DNA from: an uncultured Lentisphaeraceae bacterium
Lineage (GTDB): Bacteria > Verrucomicrobiota > Kiritimatiellia > RFP12 > DVOR01
Assembly: GCA_937892925.1 (NCBI GenBank)
Contig: CALBHX010000032.1
Span: 1,695-65,694, forward strand
DNA length: 64,000 bases
Reading direction: 5' to 3'
A program made the position numbers and the translations under genes. The notes under the pieces are model-generated. The model saw nothing but the letters and a program-made list of their open reading frames with translations. It ran no database searches and was not told the origin of the DNA. This document shows, piece after piece, positions 9,576-19,808 of this stretch. How positions within the stretch are numbered: position 1 is the first letter of the stretch; each line of letters opens with the position of its first letter.

Positions 9576-11405
9576 ATGAGCAACGATTTTAACGACGACC
9601 TCGCCCATACCCGAAACTTCTGTATCATTGCGCATATCGATCATGGTAAAACCACGCTGTCGGATCGTATTTTAGAATTGACGCGTGCCATTGACCCGAG
9701 ACAGCTGAAAGAGCAGACGCTTGACGCCATGGATCTGGAGCGAGAACGCGGAATCACCATCAAAAGCCATCCCGTTTCCATGCAATATACTGCATCGGAT
9801 GGCCAATGCTATCGGCTCAATCTGATAGACACTCCAGGGCATGTGGACTTTGCATATGAAGTAAGTCGTGCCATGGGAGCCTGCGAGGGCGCCATCTTGG
9901 TGGTAGATGCAGCACAGGGGGTTGAAGCACAAACAGTCGCTAATGCCTACCTGGCCATTGATGCCAACCTTGAAATTCTGCCAGTGCTTAACAAAGTTGA
10001 CCTACCCAGCGCAAACGTCCCGGAAGTTATTCGACAAATCGAAGATGTGTTAGGGATTCCAGTGGATCCAGAACTCAAGATTTCGGCCAAAACTGGAGAG
10101 GGTGTAGAAGCGGTTCTAGAAACGTTGGTAAAGCGATTCCCTGCGCCTAAAACCGATCATCCAAACGGGCCTTTGCGTGCGCTGGTGTTTGATTCTGTCT
10201 TTGATGTCTATCGTGGTGTGATCACATATGTTCGCGTAGTTGACGGTTCTATTCGGGCAGGTGATGCCCTGCGCTTTATGAGTACGGGGCAAACTACGCC
10301 CGTGAAGGAAGTCGGCATCTTTTCCCCTTTCCAGAAGCCCGTTGAGGTATTGGAGCCAGGCCAAGTAGGATATATCGTTGGAGCCATCAAGGATCCAGCG
10401 GAAATCAAGATCGGCGACACGCTCACATCTGACCGAGATGGTGCATCCGTTCCGCTTCACGGATTCAAAGAGATTCACCCGACCGTCTTCTGTGGAATCT
10501 ACCCGGTCAGTACAGATGAATACAATAAGGTGCGTACCGGGTTGGAAAAGCTACATCTCAACGATTCCGCATTTACGTTTCATGCCGAGAGCTCTGTGGC
10601 TTTAGGCTTTGGATTCCGTTGTGGATTTCTTGGCCTGCTCCACATGGAGGTTGTTCAAGAACGATTGCGGCGGGAATTTCAACTCGATATCATCAATACA
10701 CATCCGGCTGTTATTTATAAGGTTACCCTAAAAGACGGTTCCGTTATGGAAATTGACAACCCCGTACTTTTGCCGGATCCCACGCGTATTGAGATGATTG
10801 AGGAACCTGTAATCAAGGCACGTATTATCACCATGAATACGTGCATGGGAGACATCATGCGTTTGGTGATGGAACGACGTGGTGTTGTGGACTGTACCGA
10901 AACGCTTGACGCACAACGTGTGATCCTTACCTGTATCTTGCCCCTGAATGAAATCCTAATTGATTTCCATGATACGCTTAAGTCGATTTCTAGAGGATAT
11001 GCCTCTATGGACTATGAGCCGCATGGATATCAGCCCAGCGATATTGTACGTATGGATATTCTGCTCAATGGAGAGCCGGTAGATGCATTCAGCTGCATGG
11101 TTCACCGCGACCGCGCCGTGGCTCGTGGAAAACAAATGTGCAAAGCATTGAGCGAAACCATTCCTCCACACATGTTTAAAATCCCCGTACAGGCCTGTAT
11201 CGGAAGAACCATCATTGCCAGAGAAGATATTCGTCCCTTCCGTAAGGACGTTACCGCCAAGCTTTATGGCGGAGATGTAACGCGCAAGCAGAAATTGTTA
11301 AAAAAGCAGGCAGAAGGTAAGAAGCGGATGAAGGAGTTTGGTTCGGTGAATGTACCGCAATCAGCCTTTATTGCCGTATTGAAGGGGTCTTCGGAGGAAA
11401 AATAA
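9576..11405 (+). CDS. lepA: Elongation factor 4 (LepA)
   Basis: MSNDFNDDLAHTRNFCIIAHIDHGKTTLSDRILE..., G-domain motifs DTPGH and NKVD, and the LepA-specific C-terminal domain. The track ORF begins at TTG 9567, but ATG 9576 is preferred. Confidence 0.9.
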   Translation: MSNDFNDDLAHTRNFCIIAHIDHGKTTLSDRILELTRAIDPRQLKEQTLDAMDLERERGITIKSHPVSMQYTASDGQCYRLNLIDTPGHVDFAYEVSRAMGACEGAILVVDAAQGVEAQTVANAYLAIDANLEILPVLNKVDLPSANVPEVIRQIEDVLGIPVDPELKISAKTGEGVEAVLETLVKRFPAPKTDHPNGPLRALVFDSVFDVYRGVITYVRVVDGSIRAGDALRFMSTGQTTPVKEVGIFSPFQKPVEVLEPGQVGYIVGAIKDPAEIKIGDTLTSDRDGASVPLHGFKEIHPTVFCGIYPVSTDEYNKVRTGLEKLHLNDSAFTFHAESSVALGFGFRCGFLGLLHMEVVQERLRREFQLDIINTHPAVIYKVTLKDGSVMEIDNPVLLPDPTRIEMIEEPVIKARIITMNTCMGDIMRLVMERRGVVDCTETLDAQRVILTCILPLNEILIDFHDTLKSISRGYASMDYEPHGYQPSDIVRMDILLNGEPVDAFSCMVHRDRAVARGKQMCKALSETIPPHMFKIPVQACIGRTIIAREDIRPFRKDVTAKLYGGDVTRKQKLLKKQAEGKKRMKEFGSVNVPQSAFIAVLKGSSEEK

Positions 11406-11917
11406 TGCTTGGGGCAACGGCAGCGAATACGCATATGCTCGATTGGTGCGTGTGGCAATATTTCGCAACCCCTTATTTTTGGAGCGGGTTTATGGGGTGG
11501 TGCATTGCGCAAATTATCAAAATGACGCGCGGTGCCATTCGCACAAAAAGTCTTGACTTTACCTATCTGATGAGTACCGGGGGAATGCCAAGTGCGCATT
11601 CTTCTCTTGTTGTAGGTGTTTTTGTAAGCCTAGGATTAGGGCGTGGCTGGGCAGATCCAATTACGATTGTAGCCAGTGTCGTTGCAACCATCACCATGTT
11701 TGATGCCGCCACCGTACGTCGAGCCGCCGGGCTTCAGGCTCGTTTGCTAAACAAACTGACCCGCCAGCTCTTTTTTGAACGGAAGTTTTCCGCAAAACCA
11801 CTTAAAGAAATGCTTGGCCACACCCGTACAGAAGTGCTTGGGGGTATGATTACAGGCACCGTAGTCGCCATTGGTGTAATGCACCTGTGGACAACGTTTC
11901 AATGGCCCAACTTATAG
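11405..11917 (+). CDS. Divergent PAP2/acid-phosphatase-related membrane protein (DUF212/YuiD-like)
   Basis: Motif GGMPSAHSS and ~170 aa hydrophobic architecture typical of DUF212. Starts 1 nt inside the lepA stop (TAATG). Confidence 0.55.
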   Translation: MLGATAANTHMLDWCVWQYFATPYFWSGFMGWCIAQIIKMTRGAIRTKSLDFTYLMSTGGMPSAHSSLVVGVFVSLGLGRGWADPITIVASVVATITMFDAATVRRAAGLQARLLNKLTRQLFFERKFSAKPLKEMLGHTRTEVLGGMITGTVVAIGVMHLWTTFQWPNL

Positions 11918-11940
11918 CCTAAAATCCATCGGATTTCACC

Positions 11941-13002
11941 ATGAGTCAGGCCTACCCCCTAGAACTTCCGGACGCACTCGTCCAGCATCCATTGGCTCCA
12001 TACATTCTGGATAAAGCCATTAAAGCATTAGCATGGCATCATGAACGGCCAAGTTCTGTCGTTTTCAACTTTAGCGCATCTTCTCCGTCTTCAACACTCC
12101 TTCCCATTATTGCCGAAAGTGCCCGTCATGGGCTGCTTTGTCATTCAGGGAGCCCTCCTGAAATCGCGTCCCCTTTACGTTGTCTCTACCGCAACAAATG
12201 GCTTGATCTTTCGTTGCAAGAACCCCTCGATGACTGGCATGCCCACACACAATTCGCTTATTGCGGGCGTGGTATTGATCTTTTTGACGCCGCCCGTCTA
12301 GCACATTTTTTCGGAATCCGCACACAGGGCTTTTCTGAACACGCATTTGCCCTGTATTTTCCTTCCGATGCGTTAAAGTTCTACTGGCAGGCAGATCTCG
12401 ACCTTGTAGCTCGCACCTGGGGTTCTTCAGAACGCGGCCGGATGCTTGCATATAAGACACTTGCCCAAACCATACGTCCAATTTTTGGTAAACGCATTCG
12501 TATGGGATTAGAAGTAGATCTATTAAGTAATGGGCAACTCTGTTTGGCTCCGCAAGATCAAAACGGATGGGATATGTTGATTGGTGCCATCCATGAAATC
12601 CCAGACATCCAGGCCGGAAACACACAGGCAGAAACCGAATATGCTTGGATGCGGGATATCGAACGGCTACTCGAAAGCCCCATTCAAATTCTAGCTCATC
12701 CCTTTCGTTATTGGACGTGGAGCAAACGACCCGTGCCACGGCATTTCTACCGCCCAGTCGCCAAACTCCTAGCAAAACGACACATAGCCGCAGAAATCAA
12801 TCATCATAAGAACCCGTTCGAGCTGGAATTTTACCGAATCTGTCTAGAGGAAGGCGTTCAATTATCTCTCGGATCCGATGCTCACATTACACGCGACATC
12901 GCAGACCTAACCCCTCATCTTGAAACATTGAAAGCCCTTGGGCTTACAACACAGGAAAGCCGCTCCCGCCATTTGCTCCAGGATGTACCTACTAACCCCT
13001 AA
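11941..13002 (+). CDS. PHP-domain metal-dependent phosphoesterase (histidinol-phosphatase HisJ-like family)
   Basis: PHP His/Asp metal motifs DWHAHTQFAYCGRG, FSEHAF and LGSDAHI. Confidence 0.45.
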   Translation: MSQAYPLELPDALVQHPLAPYILDKAIKALAWHHERPSSVVFNFSASSPSSTLLPIIAESARHGLLCHSGSPPEIASPLRCLYRNKWLDLSLQEPLDDWHAHTQFAYCGRGIDLFDAARLAHFFGIRTQGFSEHAFALYFPSDALKFYWQADLDLVARTWGSSERGRMLAYKTLAQTIRPIFGKRIRMGLEVDLLSNGQLCLAPQDQNGWDMLIGAIHEIPDIQAGNTQAETEYAWMRDIERLLESPIQILAHPFRYWTWSKRPVPRHFYRPVAKLLAKRHIAAEINHHKNPFELEFYRICLEEGVQLSLGSDAHITRDIADLTPHLETLKALGLTTQESRSRHLLQDVPTNP

Positions 13003-13367
13003 ATGGATTACGTTTAGTCTAGCGTATACACGAAAAATGAAGCATCACTGTTCCCTAAGACGCATGCAGCCCAGCAACTAAATCATGCGCATCCTCTGGC
13101 GGTATTTATACTTGTAATCATTTAATTGCATCTTTTAGTCACGCATAAAGCCGTCTAACCTCATGTTCCGTGAAAAGCTGCTTAACCCTTATGACCAGAA
13201 AGTGTTCTCCTAAATTAAAAATAGAACATATAATCGGTTATCTCAGCAAAAGTATCAAAATACTCATATTACCCCTCCACGTCGTTGCCCGCATAACCAC
13301 GTTTCGCTATATGAAATGAAAAATCCTACGATTGGTTTTTACCGCATATTCTGTTAAACTGGAGAAC

Positions 13368-13946
13368 ATGAAAGCACTGAAACGACCTTTGTTTCGAAAA
13401 GTTTTTCTGATCGGATTCCTCGCTGTAGCCGGGTTGTTGTTGGGGGATATCTTCCAGCACCTGACGCAACAAAAACCTGAAGACATTCTGCTGCAACTCC
13501 ATGCGCAGCAAATCATGTCACAAAGCCTGCAAGTAAACGGTGTGTCCGTTGTTGCAGACGTCTGGGAGCTTCCCGAGACATCCAGTGCAACCCCATTGCG
13601 AAAAGCACGCGGCAAGAGCCTCATTGTCGGGCGACTTGTTTATCTCTTCTCGAATATTGATTTGGGGTCTCTGCGCGGACAATGTGTTTACCCTGATGAA
13701 TTACCACCCTGGCCCATCACATGCGACTATGTAGTCGATACCGGGCTCAGCCAATTTGTCAGCGGAACGACCGCGCAAACCCCAGAAGATACGCTGGCGG
13801 CACTAGATGCCTCCGCAAAGCAGGCTGGGTGGACAGCTCGAGGCGCCAGAGTCTGGCAAAAAGGTCATCAAACACTTTTTGCCCAGGCATCCAATGATGG
13901 TAAGCAAACACACGCAATGCTGATTCTGAAAAAGGAACTCCCGTGA
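13368..13946 (+). CDS. Hypothetical membrane-anchored/secreted protein encoded immediately upstream of cpaB
   Basis: MKALKRPLFRKVFLIGFLAVAGLLLG N-terminal hydrophobic anchor. Its stop overlaps the GTG start of cpaB (GTGA). I recognise no family motif. Confidence 0.4.
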   Translation: MKALKRPLFRKVFLIGFLAVAGLLLGDIFQHLTQQKPEDILLQLHAQQIMSQSLQVNGVSVVADVWELPETSSATPLRKARGKSLIVGRLVYLFSNIDLGSLRGQCVYPDELPPWPITCDYVVDTGLSQFVSGTTAQTPEDTLAALDASAKQAGWTARGARVWQKGHQTLFAQASNDGKQTHAMLILKKELP

Positions 13947-14749
13947 AGCAGAAGATTATCTTGGCAGCCTCTGTGGCGATTGGCCTCCTTGCAGCCTTCC
14001 TTACAGGCTCATATATCTCCGCGAAAGAACGTGCATTGCAGGAAGAAAAAACGGCTTTCGCCCGCAGGAATCGGACAATCGAAGCGGTTGTGCTGGCAAA
14101 GAATTTACCAGCAGGAACGCAGCTCACCGCCGATGATTTGGGAATCCTTTCTTTCCCGGAACGTGCCTTGCGAGAACAAACCATTCGCCCGCAGGGAAAT
14201 ATCGCTCTTCGGTTGATCGGCCGTCGCCTTGCCGTAGGTGTCTCTGCCAGACAGCCGCTTCAATGGAGTGACATTGAAGGTGGAGCCCCAGATGATCGCG
14301 GGTTAGCAGGAATGTTACGCCCAAAAATGCGTGCCATTTCCATCACCGTTTCACCCGCTGCAAGTGTAAGCAATATGGTTCGCCCAACAGATCATGTCGA
14401 TGTTCTTGGGACGTTCACCCTGCCCAGTAAAACCATCGAAGGAGCCACTGAACTGGTTACCTTAACCATTCTGCAAGATGTGCTTGTTCTCGCAACAGGA
14501 CAGGAAACCGCCGCAACCTATCGTGGTGGGAACGGTAACTACTCATTTGTTACATTAGAAGTTTCACCTCACGAGGCCGAGGTTTTGACATTTGCCGAAC
14601 AAATGCGAGGCCGTTTAACGCTTTCACTTCGAAATCCGGAAGATTTGCACTATGAAAAAGAGTTGCCGCAGGTCAACTTCGATCGAATTCGTACAACACT
14701 TGAAAATCTGAATGAGCTTCGGCAGAAAACCATTCTGCGCAAGCGGTAA
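13943..14749 (+). CDS. cpaB: Flp pilus assembly protein CpaB/RcpC (SAF domain plus RcpC C-terminal domain)
   Basis: N-terminal TM MKQKIILAASVAIGLLAAFL, SAF-like segment AKNLPAGTQLTADDL, and C-terminal RcpC-like segment RAISITV...PTDHVDVLGTF. GTG start. Confidence 0.65.
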   Translation: MKQKIILAASVAIGLLAAFLTGSYISAKERALQEEKTAFARRNRTIEAVVLAKNLPAGTQLTADDLGILSFPERALREQTIRPQGNIALRLIGRRLAVGVSARQPLQWSDIEGGAPDDRGLAGMLRPKMRAISITVSPAASVSNMVRPTDHVDVLGTFTLPSKTIEGATELVTLTILQDVLVLATGQETAATYRGGNGNYSFVTLEVSPHEAEVLTFAEQMRGRLTLSLRNPEDLHYEKELPQVNFDRIRTTLENLNELRQKTILRKR

Positions 14750-14762
14750 GAAGGGTTTTCGC

Positions 14763-16493
14763 ATGACAGACTATTTAATTACCCTGGCCATCCCCGGTCG
14801 TCCGCCGGCACGTGTTACACTCCCGTGCGGCGCTTATCTGATTGGCCGCGGTGTAGACTGTGCCTTACGGCTCGAAGATGCCAGTGTCAGCGAGTTACAC
14901 GCCAAACTCATCCTTACCCCAACAGAAGCATGGATTGAAGACCTAGGATCATCCAACGGGACCGTTGTCAATGCACGCCCCATCTGCGACACCACCAGGC
15001 TTCTTCCAGAAACCATTGTTACCGTTGGGAATACCGTTTTCCGTGTACAAATTAAATCTCAGCCCTCGGCGGAGTCGCCTGCCCCTGTAGCTAAACCGAT
15101 ACAGCCACCAAACCTAGCTGCTCCCGCCCCCTCACAAGTAATAACTCCACCGCAACCGGCACCTGCTCTCCAACAAGAGCCTCCACCGCCCACCCCCGCC
15201 GCGCGGCGTCTTTCCGAGCTTCGTAGAAGTGTCAAAGCTCAATTACATGCTGAATTGGTCAAACGCCTGGATCTCAAACGATTAGCTACCAGTTCACTCT
15301 CACAAGAAGACCTTGGGCGGCGTGTCCGAGAAACACTCCAAACCATTTTAACGGAAGTAAAAGCGCGCAGAGCCTTACCAGAAGGCCTGCAACCCGACGC
15401 CCTGGTTGAGGAACTCTACAATGAATCCGTTCGGCTTGGCCCCATTGAGACGTTTCTTGCCGATGACTCCGTAACAGAAATCATGGTCAATGGTCCGCAG
15501 CACGTATACGTTGAACGCAAAGGGAAATTGGAGCTTTCCGAACAAACCTTTATGGATGAAGCCAGCGTCATGGCCGTTATTGAACGAATCGTGGCGCCTC
15601 TGGGGCGGCGGATTGACGAAAGTCAGCCCTATGTGGACGCCCGATTAGCCGATGGTTCGCGTGTTAATGCAATTATTCCACCACTTTCTTTGATTGGCCC
15701 CTGCATCACCATTCGAAAGTTTGCCAAACGTGTGCTCACGGCAGAAGATTTCGTTCGTTTCGGCACATGGACACCAGCTATTGCTGACTTTCTCCGCGTC
15801 TGCGTAGCTTTACGAAAGAATATTGTTGTGGCCGGCGGAACAGGTTCTGGAAAAACAACGTTGCTCAACGTGCTTTCAGGCTTCATTCCGCACAGCGACC
15901 GCATTCTTACCATTGAAGACGCTGCAGAATTACGGCTGAATCAACCACATGTTGTGCGTTTGGAAGCGCGCCCGCCAAACATCGAGGGAAAAGGTGCTGT
16001 AACCATTCGAGATCTTGTGCGTAACGCCTTGCGCATGCGCCCGGATCGCATTATCGTTGGCGAATGCCGTGGTGGCGAATCCTTAGATATGCTTCAAGCC
16101 ATGAATACTGGACATGACGGTTCACTCACCACCGTTCATGCAAATACCCCGCGCGATGTCATCAGTCGATTGGAAACCATGGTGTTGATGTCCGGCGTAG
16201 AACTCCCAAGCCGTGCCATTCGAGAACAAATAGCCAGTGCCGTCAACATCATCGTTCAAGAATCACGCCTTGCTGATGGATCTCGCCGAATTGTTGCCGT
16301 TTCGGAAATTACCGGGATGGAAGGGCAGCAGATCGTTATGCAGGATCTCTTCCTTTTCAAGCAAACAGGCATTGACGCCAAGGGGCAAATTCAAGGTGTA
16401 TTGACCGCGACCGGAGCCATGCCCTCATTCTACGACAGCCTTGCCTCCCGTGGCATTGAGTTAGATCCCGCACTCTTTACACCACAGTCATGA
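14763..16493 (+). CDS. cpaF: Tad/Flp-type secretion ATPase CpaF/TadA with N-terminal FHA domain and Pro-rich linker
   Basis: FHA signature [26 protein letters not shown]...[13 protein letters not shown]; Pro/Ala-rich linker; Walker [15 protein letters not shown]; Walker B/His box ...[12 protein letters not shown]..., [12 protein letters not shown]. The ORF is open from 14712 but overlaps cpaB, so ATG 14763 is preferred. Confidence 0.8.
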   Translation: MTDYLITLAIPGRPPARVTLPCGAYLIGRGVDCALRLEDASVSELHAKLILTPTEAWIEDLGSSNGTVVNARPICDTTRLLPETIVTVGNTVFRVQIKSQPSAESPAPVAKPIQPPNLAAPAPSQVITPPQPAPALQQEPPPPTPAARRLSELRRSVKAQLHAELVKRLDLKRLATSSLSQEDLGRRVRETLQTILTEVKARRALPEGLQPDALVEELYNESVRLGPIETFLADDSVTEIMVNGPQHVYVERKGKLELSEQTFMDEASVMAVIERIVAPLGRRIDESQPYVDARLADGSRVNAIIPPLSLIGPCITIRKFAKRVLTAEDFVRFGTWTPAIADFLRVCVALRKNIVVAGGTGSGKTTLLNVLSGFIPHSDRILTIEDAAELRLNQPHVVRLEARPPNIEGKGAVTIRDLVRNALRMRPDRIIVGECRGGESLDMLQAMNTGHDGSLTTVHANTPRDVISRLETMVLMSGVELPSRAIREQIASAVNIIVQESRLADGSRRIVAVSEITGMEGQQIVMQDLFLFKQTGIDAKGQIQGVLTATGAMPSFYDSLASRGIELDPALFTPQS

Positions 16494-17374
16494 ATCTTTT
16501 CTTCTGGAGCATTCTCTGTTCGTCAGGCTTAGCCGCCGCTGGGCTAACCTGGGTTATCGCTGGGGCACTTTCGGAAAGCGCCGGGCAGGCTGCTGGCGCC
16601 TATACGCGTGAACTCTCCCAAACATTGGAAGACATGTTCCTCTTTATTCCGGCCAAGCGTCTAGTAGACATGGGGTGGGTGGCTGCCGCAACTACATTCC
16701 TGCTTTTTATGCTGCCGTTCTGCCGAACAAATCCGCCCTGGATTCTGCCGCTTGGCATCCTACTTTCCGCACTTGCAGCCGCCGGAGCATTTTGTCTGCC
16801 GCATTTAGTTGTGCGCACCCTCCGTGCCAAGCGCCTTGAGCGATTCAATCTCCAACTCTTGGAAGCCCTTCCCATGATGGCCAATGCCCTCCGTGCCGGA
16901 TTTTCAATCAACCAGGCATTTGAATCCGTTGCAGATGGAACCGAAGCCCCCATGCGACAGGAGATCTCGCTTTTTCTTCAACAACTGCGTGTAGGCGTCA
17001 GCTTTTCAGATGCTCTTGCAACACTTGAACAGCGTGTTGGCAGTGAAGATCTTACACTCGTCTGCACCGCTATTGATATCGCACGGCGCTCTGGCGGAAA
17101 TCTCACGGAAATCTTTGATTCCATTGCCGAAACCATCCGCGCTCGTCTGCGTATCCGCCAACATGTCAAAACATTAACGGCTCAAGGCCGCCTTCAGGGG
17201 CTTATCATTGGCGCCATGCCCTTTCTCCTAGGTATTGGCATGGCTATTTTCAAACCGAACCTGATGATTCCTTTTGTTTGTTCCCTGCCCGGTGTGGCCA
17301 CCTTATTGGCCGTTTCTCTGTTAGTCTTCCTCGGCGGATGGATGATCCGCCGCATCGTTGCCATTGACATCTAA
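16490..17374 (+). CDS. tadB: Tad/Flp pilus assembly inner-membrane protein TadB (T2SS-F domain)
   Basis: ~290 aa protein with three TM regions and a central cytoplasmic T2SSF-like domain. It overlaps the cpaF stop by 4 bp, in canonical order after cpaF. Confidence 0.6.
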   Translation: MNLFFWSILCSSGLAAAGLTWVIAGALSESAGQAAGAYTRELSQTLEDMFLFIPAKRLVDMGWVAAATTFLLFMLPFCRTNPPWILPLGILLSALAAAGAFCLPHLVVRTLRAKRLERFNLQLLEALPMMANALRAGFSINQAFESVADGTEAPMRQEISLFLQQLRVGVSFSDALATLEQRVGSEDLTLVCTAIDIARRSGGNLTEIFDSIAETIRARLRIRQHVKTLTAQGRLQGLIIGAMPFLLGIGMAIFKPNLMIPFVCSLPGVATLLAVSLLVFLGGWMIRRIVAIDI

Positions 17375-17408
17375 CACATCTACTCATTTCCTATCATTTC
17401 CTAAGGTC

Positions 17409-18296
17409 ATGAATCCGTTTCTTCTCTTTGCACTTTTACTCTGGGGGTTGTCTGCCGCTGGAATTGCATGGTATGTCTTGGGCTATGCCACACAAATCAC
17501 CTATGTAACCCTTGCGGATGGGCGTAACCAAATCCGCACCCTCCCCCTCCCCTTCCGCCTGCTTCTTCCACTTGCCCCCAATCTGACACCATTCCTCAAC
17601 CGGCCGACCTTCGCGCCCAGTGCCAGTGCTGCAGCCTGGCAATTAACTGCCGCTGGGTATGAAGGTCTCCTTTCCGGACGAGACTTTCTCGCCCTCAAAT
17701 GCCTCATGCCGCTCTGTACCGGGCTTCTTCTCTCACTCCTTTTTATTCCTTTCGGAACGGATGCTCTTCTACCCTGGCTCATTGGCACCCTGCTAGCTTG
17801 GATGTGGCCGCTCCATTGGCTCCGCACCGCCCGCTGCCGACGTGCCAAAAGCATCGTTCGGGCACTTCCGTTCGTGCTCGACCTGCTCACCCTCTCTGTT
17901 GAAGCTGGTATGGACTTCATGAGTGCCGTACAACGAAACTGTGAACGCCGCGCTATGGACCCGCTCAACGAAGAGCTGTTACGCATGCAGCGCGAAATTC
18001 AAATTGGGACCACCCGAAAAATGGCGCTCCGAAACCTTTCCGAACGTGTACGTATTCCTCAAATCCGCACCCTTACCACAGCCCTTATCCAAGCCGATGA
18101 GTTGGGTGTCAGTATTGGATCCATTCTGCGTATACAATCCGATCAACTCCGACAAGAACGTTTCGAGTACGCGGAAAAACTGGCACATGAAGCCCCAACC
18201 AAGATGCTCTTTCCCCTTTTGCTCTTTATCTTCCCAGCCACAATCATTGTCCTGTTGGGGCCAGTCCTTGCCAATGTCCTAAAAGATTTTCTGTAG
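17409..18296 (+). CDS. tadC: Tad/Flp pilus assembly inner-membrane protein TadC (T2SS-F domain)
   Basis: Paralogous T2SSF-like membrane protein following tadB. ATG 17409 is chosen; the track ORF starts at TTG 17358 and overlaps tadB. Confidence 0.6.
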   Translation: MNPFLLFALLLWGLSAAGIAWYVLGYATQITYVTLADGRNQIRTLPLPFRLLLPLAPNLTPFLNRPTFAPSASAAAWQLTAAGYEGLLSGRDFLALKCLMPLCTGLLLSLLFIPFGTDALLPWLIGTLLAWMWPLHWLRTARCRRAKSIVRALPFVLDLLTLSVEAGMDFMSAVQRNCERRAMDPLNEELLRMQREIQIGTTRKMALRNLSERVRIPQIRTLTTALIQADELGVSIGSILRIQSDQLRQERFEYAEKLAHEAPTKMLFPLLLFIFPATIIVLLGPVLANVLKDFL

Positions 18297-18407
18297 TTCC
18301 TGAAAAATAAACGGCGGAAGCTTTCACTCCCGCCGCAATCTGCGCAAACACATCTCACATGCGTAAGATGTTCGACCGGCGAACAACGATATCACCCACG
18401 GCCGTTT

Positions 18408-19808
18408 TCACAGATCGCCAGTATCTACTAGAATATCATCCTGCGTAATCGGTTTGGATCGTTTCCCGCAGGTATTCATAACCGGCACCTGCTTATCCGA
18501 AAATGCATAGTGCCCCGATGTTTTCGTATTCGTTGGGTCTGCCAGACCAGTCAAACGCTGACGTTCGGTGAACGTCAAACGTGTAGTCGAAAATGGCGGC
18601 AGCAACGGCATCCCGTCTGCCATCTTTACATACGACTCACCCCGCTTCTCAACAAGAAGAATCCCGCCGGTTAAACCGCCTTCCGCACCATCTCCACCAT
18701 TATCTCCAATCAAAATTTCAATCGAAACACTCTGATCTGCTCTCAATTCAAACCAGTCTCCGTAAGTCAACGGCGTGTTTTGGAATCCGCGCATTTTATG
18801 CTTTCCAACCACTGCAGCATCTTTCTGAACCCACCCAGTGCCGATTCCGGTAGGTTTATCTACACCATTGTTACGCGTTTCCCATGTAAACTCCAAGACT
18901 TCCTTGCCATCCACGCGCACCACAAGCACATCATCGTAAAATCCTGCCACACGATAAACACCACTCGTCTCCGGCTGGAGCCGGCCTTTGTAAACAGCCA
19001 CCCACGGCGCCCCCTTCTTAACCGTTTTTTCTACCTTGTAGGTGCTCGGGCCAATGGCGGATTTAACATATGGAAGAACCAGATGTGACAAATAGACCCG
19101 CTGCGGCACCACATGGAAAGGCGCAAAAGCCTCTTTCCCAAACCCATGTTCAACCATGTAGCGCACATCGGCAAACAACTGCTTATCGCGCCGAACGAAA
19201 CTTCCCCTTGCCTGCATCTCAGGCCGTAAATTCCCTTTGCCATCGCGCGAAAGATCCACGAACATGCCCACCATATCGCCTTCCAGGCGAACCCCACCGC
19301 CAATACCCCCACCGCCCGAACCACGGGAAGGCACGCCGGCCAACTTCACGGTGGCCGGCGTCATCTGCACTGGAGGATTTAAGGTTGGCGTCTCCGCCCT
19401 CACTTCACCTATCGGCGGAGAAGGCACATCTGTAACGAACGCATCGACCAAATCACTCTCAAGCTCAACCGTTTCCGGCGGAGGCGGCGGTTCTTCCGGC
19501 TCCAACGGATCTGCCGTCGCTGGCTCCACCACCGTCACCTCTGTTGGCGGTTTTTCAACATCCCCCCCGCCGATCGTGATTGAGCACATCACCCCACACA
19601 CCGTCAACGGGATAGCCACCCCCAACAACAATGCCCACTGGCGTTGAAGCTCCCGCATGGCTTCCTTGTGCGCCAAGCTGTCCCGCGGCTGCGAGAACCC
19701 TCTAAACATATCTGCCAGGCGGCGAATATATGATCGCTCCTCCTGATCAAACAAGTTGAGCACCTCATCGCGGTCAGGTCGTTGCTCCATCCTTATGTCC
19801 TCCATCAT
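18408..19808 (-). CDS. Hypothetical single-pass membrane protein with a Pro-rich linker, a Gly-rich segment and a ~300 aa extracytoplasmic domain
   Basis: N-terminal ~60 aa cytoplasmic region, one TM (LLLGVAIPLTVCGVMCSITIGG), EPEEPPPPPETVE linker, GSGGGGIGGG, then a beta-rich domain. Convergent with tadC. Confidence 0.4.
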   Translation of the reverse strand: MMEDIRMEQRPDRDEVLNLFDQEERSYIRRLADMFRGFSQPRDSLAHKEAMRELQRQWALLLGVAIPLTVCGVMCSITIGGGDVEKPPTEVTVVEPATADPLEPEEPPPPPETVELESDLVDAFVTDVPSPPIGEVRAETPTLNPPVQMTPATVKLAGVPSRGSGGGGIGGGVRLEGDMVGMFVDLSRDGKGNLRPEMQARGSFVRRDKQLFADVRYMVEHGFGKEAFAPFHVVPQRVYLSHLVLPYVKSAIGPSTYKVEKTVKKGAPWVAVYKGRLQPETSGVYRVAGFYDDVLVVRVDGKEVLEFTWETRNNGVDKPTGIGTGWVQKDAAVVGKHKMRGFQNTPLTYGDWFELRADQSVSIEILIGDNGGDGAEGGLTGGILLVEKRGESYVKMADGMPLLPPFSTTRLTFTERQRLTGLADPTNTKTSGHYAFSDKQVPVMNTCGKRSKPITQDDILVDTGDL

